Part shown: piece by piece, positions 1 to 11,342 of the stretch
Layout: each line of letters begins with the position of its first letter
Position numbering within the stretch: position 1 is the stretch's first letter
Source: Psammoneis japonica
Lineage: Eukaryota
Direction: 5' to 3'
DNA length: 64,000 bases
NCBI GenBank assembly: GCA_008632985.1
Contig: QPGO01000220.1
Location: forward strand, 1-64,000
The notes under the pieces: generated by a model
Seen by the model: the letters and a program-made list of their open reading frames with translations, nothing else
Databases searched by the model: none
What the model was told of the DNA's origin: nothing
Translations under genes and position numbers: made by a program

Positions 1-410
1 GCTTTCCTCGGCGGAACAGAGCGGCTGGTGTTGAGGATGCAAGCACATCATGTCAGAAACAATCAACTTTTGTTTGGCAAAGCTGAGTTGCACTCGAGCT
101 CTCTTGGCCACTGGTGACTCCACAGGAAGACTTGGAGGGGGGGCATGCACGGGCACAGATGGTGCTTCGGCAGTGGACTGCGACACCGGATTTCGCGGCA
201 TGTCTTGAACAGGCGAAAAAGGCATGTCCATTCCCGCTGCAAGCAATGCTGACACATCCAGCACTTCTCTAACAATGTTGTCAGGCGTCCGAGATTGATG
301 GAGTGAATGTCCTTCACCGGTGTGGCCCGCCGTAGGGTCCGCCATGGTGGAGGGAGAAATCGGCGAAAAATTGCGCGAAAATGCATGCACATTTTAGAGG
401 CTACGACAGC

Positions 411-857
411 TGCAACACACAGCTGCTGACAAGAGTCAATGCATCACGGCGACGTGTTACAGCCTTTAAATGTCACAAAGGGCGTGACAAAATAACCTTT
501 TGTCTGCATGCATGCTGCACTGTGAATTCACAGCAGAGTGGTTCATCGCAACCATTGGGCAGGAGGCCAGGGTTTCGAAACCCTGAGTGGGAGTTGTCTG
601 CAGCAACGTTGATCACTGTCGAACGCGTGGAAACTCTGTGCAGTTCTGCATGTTCCTTCGTACGTACCCACACTGTTCCGCCAAAACCGTGCAGTGTCAG
701 CACACGTTAGTAAAGAGCCGCATGGACACATGACACATGGGGAGGAGTGCAACACACAGCTGCCAATGAGAGCCAATGTATCATGGCGACGTGTTGCAGC
801 CTTTAAATGTCACAAAGGGCGTGACAAAATAACCTTTTGTCTGCATGCATGCTGCAC
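411..857. repeat. ~110-bp direct repeat pair (411-520 and 748-857)
   Basis: TGCAACACACAGCTGC...TTTAAATGTCACAAAGGGCGTGACAAAATAACCTTTTGTCTGCATGCATGCTGCAC occurs twice; differences are mainly TA/TG/CA swaps. Confidence 0.9.
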
Positions 858-1571
858 AGCAACCACTGGGACTTTTTCAACAGATGAAGTGTCGATTCCC
901 ATGTTTTCGGGTGTGGAGAATTCGACTGTGGGGTCAATTCATCGATTGTCCGGCATCTGGTGCGATTGGCGTTAAGACTTCAATCTCTGGCAATTGGAAA
1001 GCTTTCTTTCAAATGGGTGCTGCCAAAGCCTGTGATGGGAGAAGGTTCTCACGCATTGCAGAATTGCGTCAGATTTTTCACGGTGAGATCCACTGGTTCT
1101 TCCCACACTCATTTGTCCGAGGAACTTTTCAAAGGATTTCAAACCTCTTGAGAGAAGATTGAGTGGGTGATTCTTTTGGCTTGGATGCATTGCTGTGGCT
1201 GTCACTTGATTGGAGTCTAAAGAATGTGCCCGGGCATGCTGCAAAGAATGCACTTCAAGTGTGGAGGAGGAGACAGTTTGCAAAATTGCCTCTTTTTCTG
1301 TTGGCGATCATTCACACATCCATTGCTTGACAAGTTTACTGCGGAGCTCGCACGTGGAATTCTACGGGCCCAATGTCACAAAAAGTCCCACCTGGGACTG
1401 GAACCCATCGGCCGCTGGTCCTGTTGTTGACTCCATTCACAGCGCCACATTTTCAATGTGATTGGCACTCAGCTGGAATGTGTTGGTGTTGAAGAGTGCA
1501 CCAACATTCTTCATGGGGCAATTGCTGTGCCCCATCTCATTTCTTCATTGCTGGACATCAAGTTGCGTCTC

Positions 1572-1627
1572 TTGGTTGGTTGGTTGGTTGGTCAGTGGGT
1601 CGGCGGGTCGGTGGTCAGTGGTCGGCG
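1572..1627. repeat. (GGTT)n-like degenerate microsatellite running into an assembly gap
   Basis: ttggttggttggttggttggtcagtgggtcgg...; reverse complement of the 2289-2464 array. Confidence 0.8.
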
Positions 1628-2288
1628 NNNNNNNNNNNNNNNNNNNNNNNNNNNNNNNNNNNNNNNNNNNNNNNNNNNNNNNNNNNNNNNNNNNNNNNNN
1701 NNNNNNNNNNNNNNNNNNNNNNNNNNNNNNNNNNNNNNNNNNNNNNNNNNNNNNNNNNNNNNNNNNNNNNNNNNNNNNNNNNNNNNNNNNNNNNNNNNNN
1801 NNNNNNNNNNNNNNNNNNNNNNNNNNNNNNNNNNNNNNNNNNNNNNNNNNNNNNNNNNNNNNNNNNNNNNNNNNNNNNNNNNNNNNNNNNNNNNNNNNNN
1901 NNNNNNNNNNNNNNNCAGAATTCTGCGTGCGAGCTCTGCAGTGCAAGAATTTCATTGGTGGACATTTTCATCTTCAAGTGCATTTGTGCCTGTCCACACT
2001 CAAAGTTTTTGGCAATCTGCCTGCCCTGCGCCATTCTCAATGCATTTGCAAATGACGCAGAAGAAAAAAATGTCAAAAACTGTTGAATGGATCACCCAGC
2101 AATTGCACTGCAAAATGATGCACAATTCCACCAAAGTCACGTAGAAACACACGTGCACAACACACAGCACGATCCAAAAAAATGTTGATGTCATGGTTCA
2201 GCAGTGCAAGGTCCCGCCCAGAGCTGGAGCGCATCCCCTGACCCTTTTTTGAGCCTCAGAAGTGCTCAAAGTGGCTAAACCTTCATCG

Positions 2289-2464
2289 CCAACCAACCAA
2301 CCAACGGACCAACCGACCAACCGACCAACCGACCAACCGACCAACCAACCAACCAACCAACCAACCGACCAACCGACCAACCGACCAACCGACCAACCGA
2401 CCAACTGACCAACCAACCAGCCGACCAGCCGACCAACCAACCAACGGACCAGCCAACCCGCCGA
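2289..2464. repeat. Tetranucleotide microsatellite (ACCA/ACCG/ACTG/GCCG units)
   Basis: ccaaccaaccaaccgaccaaccgacc... read directly. Confidence 0.95.
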
Positions 2465-2853
2465 CTGAATGACTGGCTTGCTGGCTGAATGTGAGACGTT
2501 GCATTTTGTTGCCAGCTGCAACATTCTCTCAAGGCAAGCCCAAATTGACCGTGTGTTCTGCCTCTTTGCTCCGTTCCCTCAAGGCCTTCTTGAGCTTCAG
2601 CTTGCTTGCCAACAACAGCTTTCACAGCACTGGGACGCAAAACTCAGCTGCGACAGTCAATTTGTCACCAGCTGGCCCCGCAATGCAGTGAACAGTGGCA
2701 AGTCTCATTGATGACTTGGACACAACAGTTCGAGTCTTGTCAACCATGACTGTTTTGAATTTGAATTAGTCGTGCTTTTTATGTTCAAACGAAAATGAAA
2801 AAAAAACTGACATTTTCCCTCACTTTACATTTCAGATTGGTGCCATCGCGACC

Positions 2854-4192
2854 ATGTCGAGTGCAGGAGTGTCTCTTTCCCGTGGTGGATGCAATGATGC
2901 GGTGAAGACATCAAAGATTTTTGAGGTTGGCGCACTTGTGAAAAATGCTGGAACACTTCTCGAAACGCACGTGAATGTGCTAGAATCTGTGGAGTTGGGG
3001 TCTTCAAAGGGAGACAAGGAGAAGCTGTCAAAAATGCTCAAAGATTTCTTTGTTGTTTCACAGAAACTCAAAGAAGGTTCAACCTCACTGACACGAGCAG
3101 CAGCAAATGTGACATCGTTCAAGCGCGGAAACAATGCCAGTGGTTAACTTGAAAAAGAGAGGAAGAGAAAGACATGCGTGAGGAGGAGAGAAATGATTGA
3201 TCGTTGCAGAAAAAGAATCGTGCATTTCGTGAGATGCAAAACTTTGGCTCCAACTTGGTGATGGCAGGAGCGAAGCACAATGGCGACGAAAACAAAGAAT
3301 TGAAAACTGGTGCTGCCAGGACTGTCATTGGACGGGATGGGGGGATCAAGGCACCATGTCCCCTCAATGGATTTCAACACACACCGGCTGAGGCAACAGA
3401 AGCCATTGTTCAGGTGAAGAAATCTGGACACCGGAATTTGGGAGCTTTTGAAGCTCAAATGATCGAGAAGGGCTGTGTGCCTGTCAAGAAGTCCGCGTTG
3501 AATGAGAAAGTCAAAAAGTGCAACAACGGGATGAGAGTGCCCCCTGCATTGGAAAGAATCTGGCGTGGAGCAAGCTTTCTTTGCCTGGCACAAAACGCAC
3601 ATTTGCGCGCCGTTCACAGATGCCATGCGTGCAAAGGTTGGCTACAATGGCGGGCCCATTCATGACAGCAACAAAGCCGTGGCGATGAAGGATGGTGGAG
3701 CACCACAACTCCAAGGGCAGGGCAGGGAAGAGTTGATGGTGCCGCTTGTGAAACAGCGATTCCATCACATGAAGCAGCTGCGCATTCCCAATGAAGACTG
3801 TCACTTTCACTTTGTGCTGCGGGCATTCGAGGAGAACCTCCCAGCACTTTGCGCATTGGTTGTGCCAGCTGGACATGTCAAGACTTGTGCAAAATCTGAT
3901 TCATGCCTTCTGGCATCTCCACAGCAGGGTGCATTTGAGTTGACTCACGAGGGCTGCAATCCAAGTGCCATGGGCTGCTGCTTGTTTTGGGATGCTGTCA
4001 ATGTCGAAGGCTGGACACGCAGTGGGAAAGTGTTCGGGGCTGGCCAAAGAGAATCGGGCTTTCAAAATTCGACATCAAGAACATCTCAAGGCATCAAAGT
4101 GCAAACAGTTGTCGGAGCTGAAGTCGATGTTGCACCTGCTCCATCCACGTGAGTCCGAGGGGCATGGTTTGGACAATCTCCGACATGGGCAC
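2854..4192 (+). pseudogene. Degenerate TpA-depleted coding remnant (possibly a DNA-transposon relic) interrupted by the copia element and probably continuing at 10764-11030
   Basis: Overlapping broken ORFs (2854-3147, 3204-3665, 3565-4152) with protein-like composition but almost no Tyr; family not recognised with certainty. Confidence 0.35.
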
Positions 4193-4468
4193 TGACAGGA
4201 TTTGAACAGGATTTGGGTGCGCGCGAAATGTCGTGCGATGTTTGGTTTGCCGCGCACAGTTTTGTGTGCTTTAGTTCCGCGCGTTCGCACGCGATGTGGT
4301 TTGCTTTCGAGCCACAAGGCTCACAAGAATGACAACAGTGGCCCGATTGCACCAACTTGCACGTCTTTCGGCTCCTGTGACGGTCTCTGAGCGGAGACTC
4401 ATCTGCTGTTTAGACAGCAGCAAGGAGTTGTTGTTTGAATTCTTGCCATTTGCCTTCGATTTCTGTCA
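4193..4468 (+). repeat. 5' LTR
   Basis: TG...CA termini with 6-bp inverted repeat; followed by GATTGGCAGTC (possible PBS). Confidence 0.95.
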
Positions 4469-5408
4469 GATTGGCAGTCTTGCTCATTGTCAACCCATTG
4501 AGCAACCGCCATCGTCGTTGTTGATTTACCGACAACGCCGTTTCAATTCTGCGTGGACCTCCGTGTGTGTTCTACACACATCGGCAAGTCTGCGCGCATT
4601 CAACACCAGGCATCGGCAGGAATTTAACGTCACCGTCAAGTCTCCTTGCCGCTGGATGTCTGGATTGATCACACTGCCTTTTGTCGCTGAAGACATGCAT
4701 TCAACGGTCATGTCCAAGTCTGTCCTTGATCCTCATCCCTTGATGCACCCATTCAACGGTTAACGGTCAAGAACCCTGCACATTCAAGGATCTTCGTCGC
4801 TGAAGACATGCATGTGTGCATGTCTTCACGGCCAAGAACTTGCACTCACTCTTTGGACTGCGGCTTTGCTGCCACTCTACAAGCACACCGAGTCCATTGC
4901 ACCTGATCTACCCCGGACTGCTGGTGCTCTACAGTTCTGCTGGGTCCACGAGGACCACTGTGAGAGCAAGTGGCCGTGATTGCAGCCTACGTTGGGGCGA
5001 GGGTGTTTTTTCCCGCGTTTGTTCGTTCGTCCACAGTGCCTGACGCCTGCGTCAACTGGCCAGCCTGATCGGGAAATCCAACCGACATAAAACAAGAACG
5101 GTTTGGGGGTCTTGTCCACCTCCAGTCAGCTCACCTGCAGGGGTTTACAACCCGCTGCTCCGCTCGCAAGCAACCCAAAGCGCCGCTGGCTGCGGGTTCG
5201 GACGTGCCGGCACAACTCTACGGACCGGACAGGAAGTTTGGCACTTGACAACGAATGGGATAGCACAGCCTGGCGACTTCTGATTTTAAGGCAGTTCAAG
5301 ATTTCAAGTCAAGTCCATTTCAAGTCAAGTCTGTTCTCACCCAAGTTTCAAGTCTGCCTTCGCGCGTCCCAACAAGAATCGCTTGTCCTGACACCACTTT
5401 TGTCTGCC

Positions 5409-8400
5409 ATGGTTCTCACTCGTCAGCAACAAACCGATGGTTTCGAGCACGTTGTTGGAACCGTGCTTGCCCAAGGTGCTGGGAGCCCTCTTCGTTTGGC
5501 TTTGACCCACGACGGCACGGACTCGTGTCAAGAGCTGTTCACGTTCATGCCGTCCCAAATCGACTCGCTTGAGCACGACAACGGCACCAATGTGATCCCT
5601 TTGCCCCGCGGTTGTAAGAACATGTCAGCAGCTCCAACCAGTCTGCACATTGTCAAAGCACACGAAGGTCTTGACGTTGCCAATGACTCCTCGTTGTTCA
5701 CGCATGAGGAGTTCCTTGCCTGCCGCCTCAGCCCCGACTGCATGTCTTCTGCATCCGTTGGCAGCTCGCCCCTCGCACCTCCGCATGTCACCAACCCGAC
5801 CAAGGCACGCGACCCGGTGCGAGACTTCAAGCGAGGCATCAAGCGTGACCCCACCGCTTTCACGGCTCTCAAATCTGACAAGCAGTGGCACACTTGGCAC
5901 ACCTCACTTGTGGCACAAGCCCGTGCCCAAGACGTCGAGTGCACTCTAGACTCGTCGTACAAACCAACCAGCCCCAAAGACAAACTGCTCTTTGCTGAAC
6001 AGCAAAAGCACATGTTCGCCGTCTTCAAACGCATCCTTCTCACCGACAAGGGCAAGGCTCTCATTCGCGAAAATGTGGGGTCTTCTGACGCCCAGACCGT
6101 CTGCCGCGCCTTGTCCGAGCATGCGCTCGCCTCCACCCGCGCATCTGTCAAGTCCTCCACCTTGCTCACGTGCCTCACCACCGCACGTCTTGGTGATGGC
6201 ACTTGGAAAGGTCCGACCCACAGGTTCATCCTTCATTGGCAAGATCAGTCGCGCAAGTGCGAGGCACTCATCCCAGCCAGTGACCACTTCTCTGAAGGAC
6301 AGAAGCGCGTCATGCTCGAGAATGCCGCACATCCTGTCGAGGAACTCCGTGCTGTCAAGAACCAAGCTGATCAGCATCGCATGCAGAGTGGCAAGAGCCT
6401 CACACATGATCAACATTGTGGCTTGCTCCTCTCCGCGGCGGCTCAATGCGACAGTGCGTTTCAACCCAAGATGACACCTCGAGCTCCCCGACGTGCCATG
6501 TGCGCACACGACGTCCACTCCAAGGAACCGTCTGATGATGTGTTCTGTGACATCGACAGCGACATTGACGTCCTTCAGGCCAATGCTGCCTGCCCCTGCG
6601 GTCCCAGCCTCACCGGTGACCAATGGAAGCATCTCCCTCCCAACCACCAACGGATTTGGGATTCGTTGCCCCATTCCTCCAAGGCGATCATCCTTGAGCA
6701 TTCTCATCTGCCTCCCCGTAATCCGCGAGCCAGCAACTGCCATGAGTCCGTTACGGCCAACCTTCACGACCAACACCTTGGGAGTGACAGTGATGTCAAC
6801 TTGTCCAACACGACTCCTGCCGACTCTGGTGACCCCGCTCCAAATGTGGGTGCCACTTCAGACAATCCCATCCTGGCGCACCTCACCAAGTGCAAGCCAC
6901 TGCCACCCGGTGATCTGCAACGCCTGTTGTCGCCCAACCAAGCCCCCAATGCCAGTCGACCGGGGCCATCCGCCGCTCCCTCTACCTCGCCCGCTCCTGC
7001 CGATGACATGGAACTTGACGGCCGCACTTGCCACCGTGTCAACAACCACAATGTCATTTGCTCTGCCTCCGCTCATCGCTCCACATGCACTGGTGCTCCA
7101 GTTGATCGTGGGGCCAACGGCGGCATTGCTGGCGATGACGTTCGCATCATTGCACGCACCTCTCGCCAAGTCGACGTTCAGGGCATTGACGACCATCAAT
7201 TGGTGGACATCCCCATTGTCACCACTGGTGCCGTCATTGAGACACAGCGTGGTCCCGTCATTGCCATCCTCCATCAGCACGCACACACGGGAAAGGGCAA
7301 GACCATTCATTCCTGCGGCCAGCTCGAATGGCACAAACAGGATGTCAATGATCGCTCTGTCAAGGTGCCCAACGGCTTGCAATGCATTGCCACCCCTGAT
7401 GGCTGTGTCATCCCAATTGACGTCAAGGGCGGCCTGCCTTGTGTTGCCATGCGACCTTGCACTGATGCCGAATGGGACACCCTGCCCCATGACATCCTTG
7501 CTGGTGATGACACATGGGATCCTTCCGTCCTCGATCACTCTGTCACTGACGACGACCAGTGGTGCGACGTGATCTCTGACCCACAGGATGATCCCACTGC
7601 CAACCCATTTGACGAACACGGCAACTGCCATCATCGTGTCGTTGTCAACAAGACCATCATGTCCGCCTCCTTGTCTGCCGATCACGCGTCCGCCCTCGAT
7701 GACCATCTCATTCCGAACGACGACGTGTTCTACGAGTGTCATCTGCACGCGATTGACCCCAAGGACGACGACGTTCCGCCCCTGGAGCGCACTGTGCAGC
7801 CCAAGGACCCCCCCTTCAAGTCTCTTCGGCCTTGCTTTGGCTTCCAACCTGCCGACATGGTTTGTCGTACTTTCGACTGCACCATGCAGTGCGCCCGCAT
7901 GCCCGCCGGTGCACACCTTAGGAAGGCCTGCAAATCGCCCAACCCTGCCCTCAATGTGCACCGCCGCAACGAGCCCATCGCCACTGTGTGGACGCTTTGT
8001 TGGCATTGCTGAGCACGTCGGCCACCAAATGACCTTCAAGATTCTCTCTGACGAGACTCAGAAGATCCTCTGCCGGTCCAACGTACGATCCGCTGCCACC
8101 GATCCTGCCGTTCGAAACCTGCGTCTTGATCCTCCTGATGGGGAGCCACCTGAACCCATCATCAAATCTCGCCATGACGACAACCCCGTCGATTCACCCG
8201 ATGGGGAGATCAGGACACCCAAGATGCCAGTTTTCGATCCGCAAGACATCATCGGACGCACCTTCCTCATGCAGCCACAAGAGGACGGACAGCGCCACAG
8301 AGCTCACATCGTCAAGGCCGTCGAAGACCACGAATGGAAAGTGAACGGCAATCCCGAGCTCACTGAGTTCGTCTGCTCTGTCAACAACGACGAATGCGAG

Positions 8401-10430
8401 GAAGTCCTGGCCTGCAACGACATCATGAATCACATTGAGCAAGAAGACGAAGACACTGCTGTTTGGAAATTGCGGCGCATTGTGTCACACGAAGGACCTC
8501 TGAAGCCTCATGACCCAACCTGGAAAGGCTCAAGCTGCAACATTGTGCTTGAACGGGAAAGTGGGGAGATCACGTCCGAGCCTCTTGCCATCATCGCCAA
8601 GGACGACCCTGTCACCTGCACCATCTATGCATGAGAGAACAGACTTCTCGACACTGATGGCTGGAAGTGGTTCCGCACCATCGCGAGGCGCCAGAAGAAG
8701 CCATTCCGCATGGCCAACCAAGCCAAGCTTTGCTCCTTCCACACTGCACCTCGCTGCAAGTACGATGCGAAGTTCCCCGGAACTGCAAACCTGCCATGTC
8801 ACTAGACGAACGCAACGGCAACCGCAAATGGGGAGACGCAACTAATCTCGAGATGGACCAACTCAAGGAATACGAAGTCTTCCATGACTGCGGGCCCTCC
8901 GAGTCTTCCACTCCTCCTGCGGGACACAAGAAGATCCGAGTGCACCCAGTGTACGACGTGAAACACGACGGTCGCCACAAGGCACGACTCGCAGCCGATG
9001 GGCACCTCACGGACGTACCCATCGACAGTGTCTGCTCCGGAGCAGTCTCCCTCCGTGGCCTTCGGCTGATGATTTTCCTGGCCAAACTCAACGAGTTGGA
9101 GACATGGGCCACCGACATTGGCAATGCCTGCCTTGAAGCCACCACCAAGGAGAAGCTCTACATTGCAGCCGGACCTGAATTTGGCAAACTCAAAGGCCAC
9201 ATCCTTGTCATCCACAAGGCCCTGCATGGACTGCGCAGCTCCGGCCTCCGCTGGCACGAGCGCTTTGCCAACTGCCTGCGAGCTGAAGGCTTCTTCCCCT
9301 GCCGCACCGAACCCGACATTTGGATGTGCAGGAACAGCGACCACTGCGAACACATTGCCATTTATGTGGATGACCTCGCCATTGCCATGAAGGACCCTCA
9401 ATCTTTCGTCGACACTCTCATGGAAAAGCACAAGTTCAAGCTCAAGGGTGCGGGACCGATTGAGTTCCATCTGGGCTGCGACTTTTCCCGGGATCCCGAC
9501 GGCACCTTGTGCCTGTCTCCGCGCAAGTGCATCGAGCGCATGGTCAACAGCTGCACCCGACTGTTTGGGGAGAAACCTGCCACCAACGCCCTGTCACCTC
9601 TGGAGAAGGGTGACCACCCCGAACTGGACACTTCCGAACTGCTGGGGCCCGATGGCATTCACAAGTTCCAGTCTCTTGTTGGTTCACTCCAATGGGCAGT
9701 GTCCCTTGGTTGAATTGACATCACCACGGCCGTCATGTCACTCTCTAGCTTCCGAGCTGCGCCCCGTCAAGGCCACTTGGATCGTGCCAAACGTGTCTGT
9801 GGGCACCTCTCCAAGATGCGACACGGCGCTCTCCGCGTTCGCACGGAAGAGCCTGACTGTTCGGATCTCCCTGCTCCAGCCCATGAATGGATGCATTCCT
9901 TGTACGGCGAAGCAGAAGAGATGATCCCAAAGGATGCTCCACTGCCCCTTGGCAAGTTTGTCACTGCCACCCACTGCGTCGATGCAAACTTGTGCCATTG
10001 CATGCTCGCCGGACGCTCTGTCATGGGAATGCTCCACTTCCTCAACAAATTCCCGGCTGATTGGTTCTCTGAGAAGCAAGCCACCATGGAGACTGCGACC
10101 TGCGGGTCTGAATTTGTTGCCGCAAGGACTTGTGTCGAGCAGATTGTCGACCTGCGCATCACCCTGCGCTGCCTTGGCGTCCCGATCCGTGATGTCAGCC
10201 ACATGTTCAGTGACAACAAGTCGGTTGTAGACAGTGCCACCATCCCACACTCCAAGTTACACAAGCGACACACCGCACTGTCGTTCCACCGTGTGCGTGA
10301 GGCAATTGCCTCTGGTTGCCTTGAGTTCCACTTCATCGAAGGCTCCCGCAACCCTGCTGACATTCTCAGCAAGCACTGGGGTTGCTCCCAAGTCTGGGAC
10401 CTTCTCCGCCCCCTCATGTTCTGGAACTTC
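5409..10430 (+). pseudogene. Copia gag-pol pseudogene (gag, aspartic protease, partial integrase, RT, RNase H)
   Basis: DFKRGIKRDP (gag), VDRGANGG (protease), GRFVGIAEHVGH (IN C-term), HKARLAADGH/DIGNA/YVDDL (RT), GSEFVAAR/DNKSV/NPADILSK (RNase H); frameshifts near 7990 and 8760; TGA stops at 8632-8634 and 9711-9713. Confidence 0.93.
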
Positions 10431-10482
10431 ATTCCATCCAAAGTCGAATCTGTTTCTGTGGCTCCTCAAGCAAACTGGGGAG

Positions 10483-10758
10483 TGACAGGATTTGAGCAGG
10501 ATTTGGGTGCGCGCGAAATGTCGCGTGCTGTTTGGTTTGCCGCGCACAGTTTTGTGTGCTTTGGCTCCGTGTGTTCGCACGCGATGCAGTTTGCTTTCGA
10601 GCCACAAGGCTCACAAGAACAACAACAGCCGCCCGATTGCACTGACTTGCACGTCTTTTGGCTCCTGCAACGGTCTCTGAGCGGAGACTCATCTGCCATT
10701 TAGACAGCAGCAAGGAGCCATTGTTTGAATTCTTGCCATTTGCCTTCGATTTCTGTCA
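10483..10758 (+). repeat. 3' LTR
   Basis: Ungapped match to 5' LTR (about 24 substitutions by manual alignment); preceded by short purine tract GGGGAG. Confidence 0.95.
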
Positions 10759-11342
10759 GGCACTTCCAAAACTTGGAAGCATTTGTGGGCATGGGCTTTT
10801 CAGAATCAAATGGAACAGAGAATGTTGTCAATGCTCAAGATGGTGTTTTCATTTGGAGCAAACGCACATTGAAGAAGCTGCAAGAGGCCAAGATGAGCGG
10901 TGCCGAGATGAAGTCGAAACAATTGCATCTAGTCTCACACATGCTTGAGTGCATTTACGATCTGCTCATTTCCCCATCCAAGAATGTTTCAGTTAGTTTC
11001 GGTTTCGAAATGTTCTTGGGAACCTTTAACTGATGCTATAGCAGTGGTTGCATCCACATCGTAGCCGGCTAATGATCATTGCCGGAATTTGCAACACCAC
11101 GCGTGATGCGCTGTGTGCATTGTGCATGCCGTTTCACACAAAAAACATACAGTACTACCGTACGAGCTCTGCACTGAGGGTAATGCAATTATGTTTTTTA
11201 AAGCTTTTGGAGCTCNAAGCCGGTCGACCGGCTTTTTTCCTACACCTGTAGATACGAAGTAGGAGAGTAGGGCCCAGCCTACCTACCGGTATTTATTAGT
11301 CTACCGGCGTGAGTTCCGAGACAGAAATAAGCTGTACCTACC

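Larger units (their letters stand above)
4193..10758 (+). mobile_element. Ty1/copia LTR retrotransposon (CoDi-like, diatom type), full-span but inactivated
   Basis: Two 276-bp LTRs with TGACAG...CTGTCA ends, 5-bp TSD GGCAC (4188-4192 and 10759-10763), copia domain order gag-PR-IN-RT-RH. Confidence 0.97.

Noticed and set aside
1458..2144. ORFs spanning the N-run
   Set aside because: Artefacts of translating through an assembly gap.
6858..8039. Long antisense and alternate-frame ORFs over the copia (e.g. 393 aa minus, 359 aa plus)
   Set aside because: Explained by loss of TAA/TAG stops in TA-depleted DNA; no recognisable motifs.
5409..10430. Alternative genetic code to explain Tyr->Cys/His
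   Set aside because: Neighbouring conserved genes (CCT5, RPL31, BCAT) translate normally with Tyr at expected positions.
4193..10758. ADAR-type RNA editing or ordinary 5mC decay as the sole cause of the copia changes
   Set aside because: Both A->G and T->C occur on the same strand, LTRs differ reciprocally, CpGs are largely retained, and non-retro sequences show the same pattern.
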